This document shows, piece by piece, positions 34,569 to 42,712 of a stretch of DNA of 42,712 nucleotides. A program made the position numbers and the translations under genes. This DNA comes from a virus (Duplodnaviria > Caudoviricetes), in the IMG/VR virus record IMGVR_UViG_3300032277_000013, positions 1-42,712 of that record; one strand, 5' to 3'. Each line of letters begins with the position of its first letter. Within the stretch, counting starts at the first letter, position 1. The notes under the pieces are model-generated. The model had not been told where the DNA came from. It searched no databases and saw only the letters and a program-made list of their open reading frames with translations.

Positions 34569-35786
34569 ATGTTTGTTAGTGATGCTTCCGTTGATATGAT
34601 TCAAAACGGTGATATGGGAGAATTCGGTGAAATGTGCAGTGGGACACAAAAAGTGTCTGGTCTGCGTTTTGATCCGGGTGTTCTTCGTCCGTTCTTGAAT
34701 CAACGTGGCGATAAGTGTATCCGTATTCATACGGGCAAACGTCTTCAAAAGAAAGACGATAAGGGAGCACCAATCTTTAATAAAGATGGTTCCCCCAAAA
34801 TGTACGATGCAACTGAAGTTGTTACCGTACATCATGCCCAACTGAATGGGATTAGTAGCCCAGTCTTTAATGCTACGCTTGCGTTGCGTAAAGAGGAATG
34901 GCTGAACTTGGACCGGCAAGTTATTAAAGCTGCCCGTTCTCGTATGCGTGCGTATGGCGACCTCCGGGCGGCTAATACGTTTGGCGGGTTTGATGGGTTT
35001 ATGAAAATGATCCTCGAACATGAAACTATGTCTGATCCTGGTGAAGCCATTGTTGATATGGACGGCATCAGTGAAGGGCGTGGGGACGCACCGCTGTTCC
35101 AACTCGAAGGATTGCCCTTGCCCATTACGCATAGTAGCTTTAGCTATTCTGCTCGACGGGTGGCAGTCAGTCGGGGTATGGGTACGCCACTCGATACTAC
35201 TTCCGCTGAATACTCAGCCCGCCGGGTTGGTGAAGCTATCGAGAAAACCACTATCGGTGTCCAAGCCGGTATGACTTACGGAACGACAGCTAACTATGGC
35301 CGTACACCTACTGTGTATGGTTATACTAACTTCTCGGACCGTAATACCAAATCGGATATGACTGCTCCTACCGGTTCAAACGGTACGACAATCCTGACCG
35401 ATTGGTTGGCGTTGCGTGACTTGCTTTATGCGGACAATATGTACGGTCCCTATATTGCTTACACTAGTACCGATTACGATCAATACCTGGACAATCTGTT
35501 CAGTACGACGGAACCGAGTGCTGGCACGTTGCGAAGCCGGTTGCTCCAAATCGACGGTATCAATGATATCCGCCGGTTGGACTTCTTGTCTGATACTTTC
35601 ACAGTGGTCCTAGTGCAAATGACCCCTGACGTTGCACGGGCTGTTAATGGCATGGAAATGACTACGGTCCAATGGGCAACTAAAGGTGATGCCCAATTGA
35701 ACTTCAGAGTTATGACCATTCAAGTTCCTCAGATCCGAGCAGACTACGACGGTAAATGTGGTATTGCTCACGGAACCACTGCTTAA
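34569..35786 (+). CDS. major capsid protein (HK97 fold, encapsulin/linocin-like)
   Basis: LRKEEWLNLDRQVIKAAR, LPLPITHSSF, PLDT, YGPY, VPQIR, GIAH; position in head module. Confidence 0.88.
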   Translation: MFVSDASVDMIQNGDMGEFGEMCSGTQKVSGLRFDPGVLRPFLNQRGDKCIRIHTGKRLQKKDDKGAPIFNKDGSPKMYDATEVVTVHHAQLNGISSPVFNATLALRKEEWLNLDRQVIKAARSRMRAYGDLRAANTFGGFDGFMKMILEHETMSDPGEAIVDMDGISEGRGDAPLFQLEGLPLPITHSSFSYSARRVAVSRGMGTPLDTTSAEYSARRVGEAIEKTTIGVQAGMTYGTTANYGRTPTVYGYTNFSDRNTKSDMTAPTGSNGTTILTDWLALRDLLYADNMYGPYIAYTSTDYDQYLDNLFSTTEPSAGTLRSRLLQIDGINDIRRLDFLSDTFTVVLVQMTPDVARAVNGMEMTTVQWATKGDAQLNFRVMTIQVPQIRADYDGKCGIAHGTTA

Positions 35787-35804
35787 CTTTTGCGTTGTCC
35801 TTGG

Positions 35805-35845
35805 GGTAGTCCATTGGCTTTGGCTGGTGGGCTACCTTTTATTTT
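35805..35845 (+). terminator. intrinsic terminator after major capsid gene
   Basis: GGTAGTCCATTGGC-TTTG-GCTGGTGGGCTACC followed by TTTTATTTT. Confidence 0.75.
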
Positions 35846-35875
35846 ACACATAACAATTGTACTGGAGGGTACGAG

Positions 35876-36097
35876 ATGGCTGAAAAACAACAACAGCCCA
35901 AAGCGACTAAAAAACCCCGTTATACGTTTGAAGTTATTCGGGGTAATCACATGGAGGGGACTGATGAAAATGGGCGAGGAATCATCTACCAAAGCGGAGA
36001 CAAAATTGAAACCGATAAAGACCTAGTCTCATTGTTTAACCGATTAGGTTCTAAAAAGTTTGAGTTGCTTGAAGACCGCAATCCAAGCAAGGATTAA
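35876..36097 (+). CDS. small virion-associated hypothetical protein
   Basis: GGAGG SD; YQSGDKIET motif typical of small genes following a capsid gene. Confidence 0.7.
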   Translation: MAEKQQQPKATKKPRYTFEVIRGNHMEGTDENGRGIIYQSGDKIETDKDLVSLFNRLGSKKFELLEDRNPSKD

Positions 36098-36099
36098 TT

Positions 36100-36189
36100 A
36101 TGAACACCAGCCAGATACTTTCCCTCTTCCTAGTGGTGTTTGGCTGGTGTCTATTCTGTTACGTGTTAAACCGTTTGAATGAGGATTAA
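36100..36189 (+). CDS. possible 29-aa membrane peptide overlapping a long hairpin
   Basis: MNTSQILSLFLVVFGWCLFCYVLNRLNED with AAGGA SD, fills the gap. Confidence 0.35.
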   Translation: MNTSQILSLFLVVFGWCLFCYVLNRLNED

Positions 36190-36192
36190 GCA

Positions 36193-36606
36193 ATGTCCAG
36201 AATAGATGCAGACGATTTAGAAGCTGTGTTAGATGATGATAGCACTATTTCTAAAACTCCATTCATTCGAGCAGCATCAGCCCTTACCGATTATGTAAAT
36301 AGCTGTGATAGCGATAGCGTTCTCAATGATGCATTACTAACGGAAATCGAAACATATCTAGCTGCCCATTTCTACAACGTGCGGGACCAAGCTTACGACA
36401 GCCGTAAGACCGCTGACGCTTCTGGAGTATTTCAAACCAAACACGGGATGTACTTAGACGGTACAGACGCAGGACAAGCGGCAATTATGCTGGACGTGTC
36501 TGGTTGCCTATCTAAGCTGAACCGCGAAGCTAAAGAAGGCGGTAAACGCAAACTTGGAGTAGCTTGGCTTGGCACAACACTCGTAAGCACAAACACGGGG
36601 ACCTAA
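36193..36606 (+). CDS. head-tail connector/adaptor protein
   Basis: FIRAAS, IETYLAAHF, T..GQ.A..LD.SG.L motifs. Confidence 0.8.
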   Translation: MSRIDADDLEAVLDDDSTISKTPFIRAASALTDYVNSCDSDSVLNDALLTEIETYLAAHFYNVRDQAYDSRKTADASGVFQTKHGMYLDGTDAGQAAIMLDVSGCLSKLNREAKEGGKRKLGVAWLGTTLVSTNTGT

Positions 36607-36609
36607 GCT

Positions 36610-36981
36610 ATGCCAGCCCTAGAAACCATAGGACGCCACCAGAACGCCGTACTGTGGGCTGTAAGCACGTCTTACAGTGACAGCGGTAGACATAAGGTGT
36701 CAGCAGCGGCAGCCGTTACGGTACGCTGGGAGAGCGGTACAGACGAAGCACTAGACGCTAACGGCAACACCATAGCGATAGATGCCAAAGTGGTGTTAAA
36801 CCAATCAGTAGCAGTAGGAAGCATTATGTGGCTAGGGGCATTAGCCGATATTGCGAGTCCACCAGTAGACCTAATGGAAGTAGTTGTTGCTAAGTCCACA
36901 CCAAGCTTGAAAAATCGACATACTAGATACACTGTTTTATTGAAGCGTTACAGCAATACTCTCCCAGAAATCGCCAGCTAG
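36610..36981 (+). CDS. head closure/stopper protein
   Basis: Beta-rich 123 aa after the adaptor, VRWE motif. Confidence 0.65.
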   Translation: MPALETIGRHQNAVLWAVSTSYSDSGRHKVSAAAAVTVRWESGTDEALDANGNTIAIDAKVVLNQSVAVGSIMWLGALADIASPPVDLMEVVVAKSTPSLKNRHTRYTVLLKRYSNTLPEIAS

Positions 36982-37004
36982 GATGGCAGCGTAGAAAGCT
37001 TATT

Positions 37005-37325
37005 ATGGATGCACCAGTTGAGAAACTATTTCAATATGGATTACCCACTGTGTTACTTGCTGTGTTTGTTGTAGGTCTTTGGAAGAGCGGTAATAAAGTA
37101 ACTGCTTGGATAAAACCTATAATCGAAAAAGTAACCTCCGATCATTTAGATTTGGTTAGTGCGTTGAAAACAAATGCAGTTGAAACAAAAGAAACACTTT
37201 CCGACATTAACATTCACCTAGCTGAACAAACTCAAATCCTAAAAGACATAAACACCAAAACTGTTGAGTGTCCTTATAAAGTCGCTTCTAAACTGCCCTC
37301 CACAATAAATGTACGAGAACAATGA
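37005..37325 (+). CDS. membrane protein with one TM and coiled coil (holin-like)
   Basis: QYGLPTVLLAVFVVGLW TM, heptads; start of lysis-like cluster. Confidence 0.6.
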   Translation: MDAPVEKLFQYGLPTVLLAVFVVGLWKSGNKVTAWIKPIIEKVTSDHLDLVSALKTNAVETKETLSDINIHLAEQTQILKDINTKTVECPYKVASKLPSTINVREQ

Positions 37326-37528
37326 ATTTATCCCACCCCGATCATCCTATTTGGTCACTTGCCCGAATACTTGTCTACTGTTTAACTTCTCTAGTAGCAA
37401 TCTATATCGGGGCTACTGAGTTTGACATAGGAGAATTAAAGGGGTGGAGCTACATAGTTGGTAGCGTTGTTGGTGGAGAGTTGTTACACCGCTGGCAAAT
37501 AACTAATAAGTTAAAAGAGGACAAGTAA
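37322..37528 (+). CDS. small two-TM membrane protein
   Basis: HPDHPIW then two hydrophobic helices. Confidence 0.65.
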   Translation: MNLSHPDHPIWSLARILVYCLTSLVAIYIGATEFDIGELKGWSYIVGSVVGGELLHRWQITNKLKEDK

Positions 37529-37746
37529 TGACTAGTAGAATCTTTTGGGCTGATACCGTAGAACGGGCTATAAAAACCGCTGCTCAATCGGGGGTAGCTT
37601 TACTGACGTTAGAGGGGACCAACCTATTAGAATTAGACTGGGAACAATTCTGGTCGGCTATTGCTTTAGCTGCTCTTGTTTCTGTTCTTAGTTCTATGGG
37701 ATCGTCTAAAACAGGGGACAACACTTCAGCAAGCTTACTTAAATAG
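37528..37746 (+). CDS. holin, r1t-like family
   Basis: FWADTVERAIKTAAQ...DW...LAALVSVLSSMGS...SASL. Confidence 0.85.
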   Translation: MTSRIFWADTVERAIKTAAQSGVALLTLEGTNLLELDWEQFWSAIALAALVSVLSSMGSSKTGDNTSASLLK

Positions 37747-37755
37747 GAGGTAACA

Positions 37756-38172
37756 ATGTCAGACACAATGGAAAGAGTCGAGAACGCTTTAAGGAATAAG
37801 GCGATAGCGATTGACACTGAGAAACATAGCAGAGTGGAAGCGGTATTTGATTGGTCCGCTGTAATTACTTTAGTGCTGCCGGTGTTGATGGAAATGTTGA
37901 TGAACTGTTTTAACGACAGTTCTAAAGAAGCACTAGAACAAAGACTAGTTAATCCTGGATGGTGGGATAAATTCTGGATCGAACGTATTACCCGTAAAGC
38001 AGTACGAAACCAGAAAGATAACCTACGCATGGGAACTAAACAGCAGTCCCAAGTATCTAGCATACTAAGCGAAGCAGTGATGTCCGAAGCTAAAGAGGAT
38101 GAGGCTTTAGTGGGTATGCTTCTCGGTGAAGTAGACAATAACAATATTCCTGGTTTTAACGATTGGATTTAA
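37756..38172 (+). CDS. hypothetical protein with one hydrophobic helix
   Basis: AGGAGG SD. Confidence 0.7.
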   Translation: MSDTMERVENALRNKAIAIDTEKHSRVEAVFDWSAVITLVLPVLMEMLMNCFNDSSKEALEQRLVNPGWWDKFWIERITRKAVRNQKDNLRMGTKQQSQVSSILSEAVMSEAKEDEALVGMLLGEVDNNNIPGFNDWI

Positions 38173-38175
38173 GTA

Positions 38176-38814
38176 ATGAGAAAAGCAATCTTTGGGATGT
38201 GGTTGCTGTTGGTAGTATTGATTACAAGTAACGCAACTGCACAGGAGACACCAACAACGGTTCCCCTACTGAAAACTGAAAAAGCAATTATCTTCAACGG
38301 TGGAGAGGGCGTAGGTTATTACATACTGTTTTTAGAAGAAGGAGAAGGAACAGTTCTGGTAGTACGTTGTGATAGCTTAGTTACGGGTACTGGCACACCT
38401 AACCCTAAGCCTCCTACAGACACACCACCAGAAGAACCCGAACCAAAACCAGAACCCAAATCTAAATACGGTTTGAAAGAGCAAGTTGCTGGATGGTTCA
38501 ACAACGTACAAGGAAGCACTAAGAAAGAGGAAGCAGTCAAGTTATCAATGGCTTTCTTCACTACAGTTGCGGGCATTGTTAATGGAGATTTCGGTACAGA
38601 ACCAGTGCTAGCTAAAGTGGGTGCTTCCCTTAACAAGCTGAACCAAAAAGCAGTACCCGATGCTGAACGTAGAACAGCCTGGAGAAAGCCCTTCTTTGAA
38701 GACGGGTTTGGTAAAGCTATTAACGAACTAGTCACTAGTGGAAAGATTAAAACACAGCAAGAATACGCCGAAGCATTCCAAGAAATCTATATTGGTTTAG
38801 CGGAGGTGAAGTAA
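38176..38814 (+). CDS. secreted protein with Pro-rich linker
   Basis: Signal peptide ending ATA-Q; PNPKPP...PEPKPEP linker; helical C-domain. Confidence 0.75.
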   Translation: MRKAIFGMWLLLVVLITSNATAQETPTTVPLLKTEKAIIFNGGEGVGYYILFLEEGEGTVLVVRCDSLVTGTGTPNPKPPTDTPPEEPEPKPEPKSKYGLKEQVAGWFNNVQGSTKKEEAVKLSMAFFTTVAGIVNGDFGTEPVLAKVGASLNKLNQKAVPDAERRTAWRKPFFEDGFGKAINELVTSGKIKTQQEYAEAFQEIYIGLAEVK

Positions 38815-39731
38815 TGGTAATGGGTAAGAAAGCTGCAAAGCTGTTAAAGCTTCTCAAAGCAACCGGGCATTATGATAACCCATTTGGTAAGGACGTAACA
38901 CCAGACGTATCAGAGGAAGACAAAGTAGCTAGAGCGGTTGCGTCTTATCAATCAATGTACGCTAGCGAATTGGCTCCATTGATTGCTAAACAATATCCAG
39001 AACGATCATCAGCCGAAGTAAAGATAGATGGAGTAATCGGTCCGGCATTACTTAAACTAGCCAAGCGTCCTAGATGTGAGTGTAAAGACTATGATCCTGT
39101 AAACGATGTTCAAGCAGCCCAAGGATCGGGCAACTGGCGGGGGTGTCATGGTGTCGGAGACTTTCATCATGCCAAAGTAAAACTACTGAACAGCCCGCCT
39201 AACCATCTTGAACCAGTGTTTGACAAAGTGTGGAATAACGTAGTTCAAGCTTACGGAAATATGGGACTTAAACTTTCATTAACTACATCCACACCAAACA
39301 TCACAGTTGAATTTGTACGCCCTACCGGTAGCTGGATTGGTTTAGCTATTGTCGGGCACGGTAAAGGTTGTGGATCAACGATATGGGCTAGGTTTGATAA
39401 AAACTACAGACCTGCTAATACGGAAAGGGAATGGGCTACCTTAATGCTACATGAATTTGGTCACAACTGTGGACTAAGTCATTCACGCGGAGGCATTATG
39501 AATAGCTACTTAGTGAAAGGATTAAAGCCTACCTGGAAAGGTGATCCGTCAGAGCGGTTGCTTAAACAAAGATTCGGAGGTAAGCCTATCAACAGTACGC
39601 CAGAACCGCCAAAACCAGAACCACCAACTACCCCGCCTACACCGGGTACAGAACTAACTAGGTTCCAACATGCTGGAGAAACCTTAGCGGTATCATTGGT
39701 TAAGAAACATACAGGAGTAGACTTTATATGA
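38814..39731 (+). CDS. matrixin (M10/MMP-like) zinc metalloprotease with PG-binding-like prodomain
   Basis: AVASYQ...IDGVIGP, PRCECKD cysteine switch, HEFGHNCGLSH, IMNS Met-turn. Confidence 0.88.
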   Translation: MVMGKKAAKLLKLLKATGHYDNPFGKDVTPDVSEEDKVARAVASYQSMYASELAPLIAKQYPERSSAEVKIDGVIGPALLKLAKRPRCECKDYDPVNDVQAAQGSGNWRGCHGVGDFHHAKVKLLNSPPNHLEPVFDKVWNNVVQAYGNMGLKLSLTTSTPNITVEFVRPTGSWIGLAIVGHGKGCGSTIWARFDKNYRPANTEREWATLMLHEFGHNCGLSHSRGGIMNSYLVKGLKPTWKGDPSERLLKQRFGGKPINSTPEPPKPEPPTTPPTPGTELTRFQHAGETLAVSLVKKHTGVDFI

Positions 39732-40474
39732 AACGCAAACTGTTGGGGGCCGCATTGATACTGTTGTTCCTTAACACAGTTTGCCTAGCCCTAGATTGGA
39801 TTGGGGGTGATCAAACATCTATTGTTTGGATCGGTGAGCCACAACCAACACAAAGGAGCCAACGTGAAATTCCTACTGATAGAAATCGTATCCTACTGTT
39901 TCTCACAGACAATTGTCCCCCTTGTACTATCCTATATAACAAACTGAGTGTTAAGAATGGACCGTTTGATAAACTTCGTTTAACTGGTTGGGACATAGGT
40001 CAAACACGCAGTGACGATATTCAAATTGTGTACGCTGCTTACAGCCAGTTAGACGAACGCTATAACATCGGTAATTTTCCCGCACTAGTAAAGATAGAAG
40101 ATGGGAGGGTAGTAAGACGGCTACTCCAAGATTGCGGTACTGTAATAGATCAGTGGGCTATAGGTTGGCTACACAAGGGCGTGCAAGAGCAGCCACCAGC
40201 ACGCGAGCCACCAAGAGTAGCTACAACCGGTCATTACCCTATCCACGGTCAGCGGTGGAATTTCGAGGGTTCGTGGTCCCCAACGAAATCTTTTATGATC
40301 AAGCATTTATTAAGTGGTTCTGCACACCGGGGAAAGTTTCACAACTGGAATTTGCAAAGCTGGTCCAAAGCAGAGCTATGGAGTTTGCATGATGACGACC
40401 ATGAAGGAAGAGTAAAGAGACGAACACGTAAAACAGCAAGCGTTAAAAAGTCGGCAGTGTACTGTCCAACGTGA
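39728..40474 (+). CDS. secreted thioredoxin-like protein with His-rich C-terminal domain
   Basis: Signal peptide, CPPC, cis-Pro motif NFPALV, C-terminal HL...H...LHDDDH. Confidence 0.72.
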   Translation: MKRKLLGAALILLFLNTVCLALDWIGGDQTSIVWIGEPQPTQRSQREIPTDRNRILLFLTDNCPPCTILYNKLSVKNGPFDKLRLTGWDIGQTRSDDIQIVYAAYSQLDERYNIGNFPALVKIEDGRVVRRLLQDCGTVIDQWAIGWLHKGVQEQPPAREPPRVATTGHYPIHGQRWNFEGSWSPTKSFMIKHLLSGSAHRGKFHNWNLQSWSKAELWSLHDDDHEGRVKRRTRKTASVKKSAVYCPT

Positions 40475-40507
40475 CCATAACGGGCCATTCCTCAGTTGGG
40501 GAAGTTT

Positions 40508-42694
40508 ATGAGTGGAGTAATAATAATGACAATGGCTATATTAAATTCTGGTCCTACATTAGGGCACGACTATACACCAGACTTCGGAGCAGCCCCTACG
40601 GTTCACAGTATCGCTAACGGGGATTGGTATGACCCAAGCACTTGGGATACGGGCGTTGTTCCTACGGTTGAAGACGTTGTTAAGATCGGCCATATAGTAA
40701 GCTGCATTGATCAAGGTACAGCCACCACATCATTCACCAAAGCCCACACAATAGCAGTAGCGGGGGAACTAGTAATTGAAGGAAACGTATCCTTCACTAA
40801 CTTGTTAATCTATGAACTTGGAGAATGTGAAATACTGCCCGGTTCAATTCTCTCTATACGAGATACGCCGATTGATTTAACCACTGATCCTAAGCAATGG
40901 GGAACAGGGGTTGTAATCTTTGGTAAGCTATCAGCCAACGGAACACCAAAAACGCACGCAGTAAAAGCCGCTGACCACATCTACACAGGTGCAACAGCTA
41001 TTACACTCAGTTCTTCCCCAGAAAATTGGCTGGTGGGAGACCGGGTGTTAATACCTGATACAGAACAACAAGTCTCTAAACGGAATATACATACTGCTGG
41101 ACGACATAATGAAATCAGAACCATTACAGAAGTTAGCGGTAACACAGTTCAGCTAGACTCTCCGTTAGAGTACGACCATCCGGGCATGGTTGCTAACAAA
41201 GTTTGCACACCGGATTACTGCATGGTTAGTAACTTAACCCGCGACATCGTCATCCGTAGCCAAAACTCTCTAGGCATTAGAGGGCATTTAGCTTGGACCG
41301 ATCATGGCTATGTAGATTTGTCCTATGTATCTATTCAGGGTATGGGTAGAACCAAGAACGATATTCATAATGACGAAACCGTCATACGTGATGGGGAACC
41401 AGCCTACCAAAGTGATAATCAACGAGGTAGATACCCGCTACACGCACATCATGCAGTAGGTCCAGAAGGCGGTAGGGAAGATTCTGAATACCAGTCTAAT
41501 ATTTTAGGCTGTGTGGTTGAAGGTTCACCAGGATGGGGAATAACTATTCATGGTAGCCACTACAACAACATCAAAAGCACAGTTGTCTATGATGCTGTTG
41601 GATCGGGTATCATGGAAGAGGACGGTAGTGAGGTACACAACCACTATGAAGATTGCGTAATTGTTGGTATTCAAGGTATCAAGAAAGGACTTCTGGGGAG
41701 AAAGCGAATTACTCTACCATCTGGCGAAGTGATTATTTCTAGAACGTCAGGAACTAACGGTTCTGGTCTATGGTTTACCCGCCAAGGTTCCACAGCATTA
41801 AACCTTAGCTGCTACGCTTGTGATGGATACGTTTTATATCTTAGTGGCTACGGTACTGGTGCAGAAAATCTGTTAGTCAAACTTAACAAAGGTTCCCACA
41901 GCAGAACCAAGATTACTCGCCAGTCAATTACATCCTTAGGTCACAAGATAGAAGGCATCTATGGAGCCAACTGCCGGGGGTTCATGTACTACGCTTGGAG
42001 CCAAGGTACAAAACATGTACTCTTTGACGATGTGACTATTAAGGATGTTAAGGTTTGGCACACATTCGATAACCGGGGCTGCTTGCGTGCGTACCACGAC
42101 ACTGGACTACGTTTAGTGAACGCTTACTTTGTTAATGATTGGGAAATCACTAAGCAAGCACATAGGTCAAGAACGATTGGCGTTGATGCTGGCACAGCTT
42201 ACGATCTTAACCGGTCAATGTTTGAAAACGTAAACATCAGTGGCTTCCACATAGGCATTGTTCCACCGACTAAGGGCAATAAAGCTTTGCCCTATGAAGG
42301 AATAATGGTTAGCGATGGTGCTATCGATTGCATTTGGAACATAGACTTTAGAAGTGCTAGGAATGACCTAACCGGAGATTGCCTAATTGACAACGTAACT
42401 ATGCTGGCTAGCTTCAATGAGGAAGGTGTTCCCAATGAAGACATTAGAATGTCTTTCGACTGGAGCAAGAACGGCAAACAGCTTGAAGAATCCTTGCTCT
42501 ACGTTAACGGTGTTCGCATTTACTTCGATGAACAAAACCCCGACTACATAATACCCATTTACAAACGTAAGACCGGACAAACCTTGATTAAACTTGACGG
42601 TGTGTATACAGACGTAGCTGGAATGACGACTTACGAAGTGTTTGAGGAATACGGAGAAACCATTGGCGGTAGCTTTTACCCGGAGAATAACTAA
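40508..42694 (+). CDS. G8 domain / parallel beta-helix protein (TMEM2/CEMIP/fibrocystin-like), possible glycan depolymerase
   Basis: SIANGDWYDPSTW..GVVP, WLVGDRV, HNEIRTI, LEYDH, NLTRDIVIRS, GRYPLHAH, GITIHGS, EDGSE. Confidence 0.8.
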   Translation: MSGVIIMTMAILNSGPTLGHDYTPDFGAAPTVHSIANGDWYDPSTWDTGVVPTVEDVVKIGHIVSCIDQGTATTSFTKAHTIAVAGELVIEGNVSFTNLLIYELGECEILPGSILSIRDTPIDLTTDPKQWGTGVVIFGKLSANGTPKTHAVKAADHIYTGATAITLSSSPENWLVGDRVLIPDTEQQVSKRNIHTAGRHNEIRTITEVSGNTVQLDSPLEYDHPGMVANKVCTPDYCMVSNLTRDIVIRSQNSLGIRGHLAWTDHGYVDLSYVSIQGMGRTKNDIHNDETVIRDGEPAYQSDNQRGRYPLHAHHAVGPEGGREDSEYQSNILGCVVEGSPGWGITIHGSHYNNIKSTVVYDAVGSGIMEEDGSEVHNHYEDCVIVGIQGIKKGLLGRKRITLPSGEVIISRTSGTNGSGLWFTRQGSTALNLSCYACDGYVLYLSGYGTGAENLLVKLNKGSHSRTKITRQSITSLGHKIEGIYGANCRGFMYYAWSQGTKHVLFDDVTIKDVKVWHTFDNRGCLRAYHDTGLRLVNAYFVNDWEITKQAHRSRTIGVDAGTAYDLNRSMFENVNISGFHIGIVPPTKGNKALPYEGIMVSDGAIDCIWNIDFRSARNDLTGDCLIDNVTMLASFNEEGVPNEDIRMSFDWSKNGKQLEESLLYVNGVRIYFDEQNPDYIIPIYKRKTGQTLIKLDGVYTDVAGMTTYEVFEEYGETIGGSFYPENN

Positions 42695-42712
42695 TGCCGC
42701 AAACACCAGCAG

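Noticed and set aside
1-42712. Stop-codon reassignment, integrase/att sites, reverse transcriptase or DGR
   Set aside because: Genes are full length under the standard code and all three stops are used; no such genes or repeats recognised.

Overview
The window is a gene-dense, AT-rich part of a dsDNA tailed bacteriophage genome, almost all on the + strand. Order: a divergent promoter region (~1.0-1.4 kb) with a ParB-like gene running off the left edge; a recombination/replication module (RuvC-like resolvase, family-4 uracil-DNA glycosylase, second ParB-like protein, PD-(D/E)XK exonuclease, Sak4-like ATPase, CsrA, SSB-like protein, tRNA-CAU, family A DNA polymerase); a thymine hypermodification cluster (clade-1 aGPT-Pplase DNA transferase, two TAGT/base-J-type glycosyltransferases, radical SAM enzyme, HAD nucleotidase, dUMP hydroxymethylase-like enzyme with two zinc-finger inserts, ATP-grasp-like protein, MazG) interrupted by an inverted two-gene cassette with a histone-H1-like gene; primase-helicase; terminases, portal, a long MuF protein with a C-terminal HExxH domain, DUF2213 protease/scaffold, encapsulin-like major capsid and head completion genes; and a holin region with an MMP-like metalloprotease, a secreted thioredoxin-like protein and a G8/beta-helix protein. 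No integrase, repressor or tail genes are recognisable. The best candidate for an undescribed system is the modification pathway (no 5-hmU DNA kinase visible, but two glycosyltransferases plus a radical SAM). Non-coding signals of note: apparent absence of GCGC, a repeated ~115-bp phased quasi-palindromic element, a probable ~130-nt small RNA, and a hairpin occluding the capsid-operon SD. All family assignments come from motif recognition by eye, not database searches.
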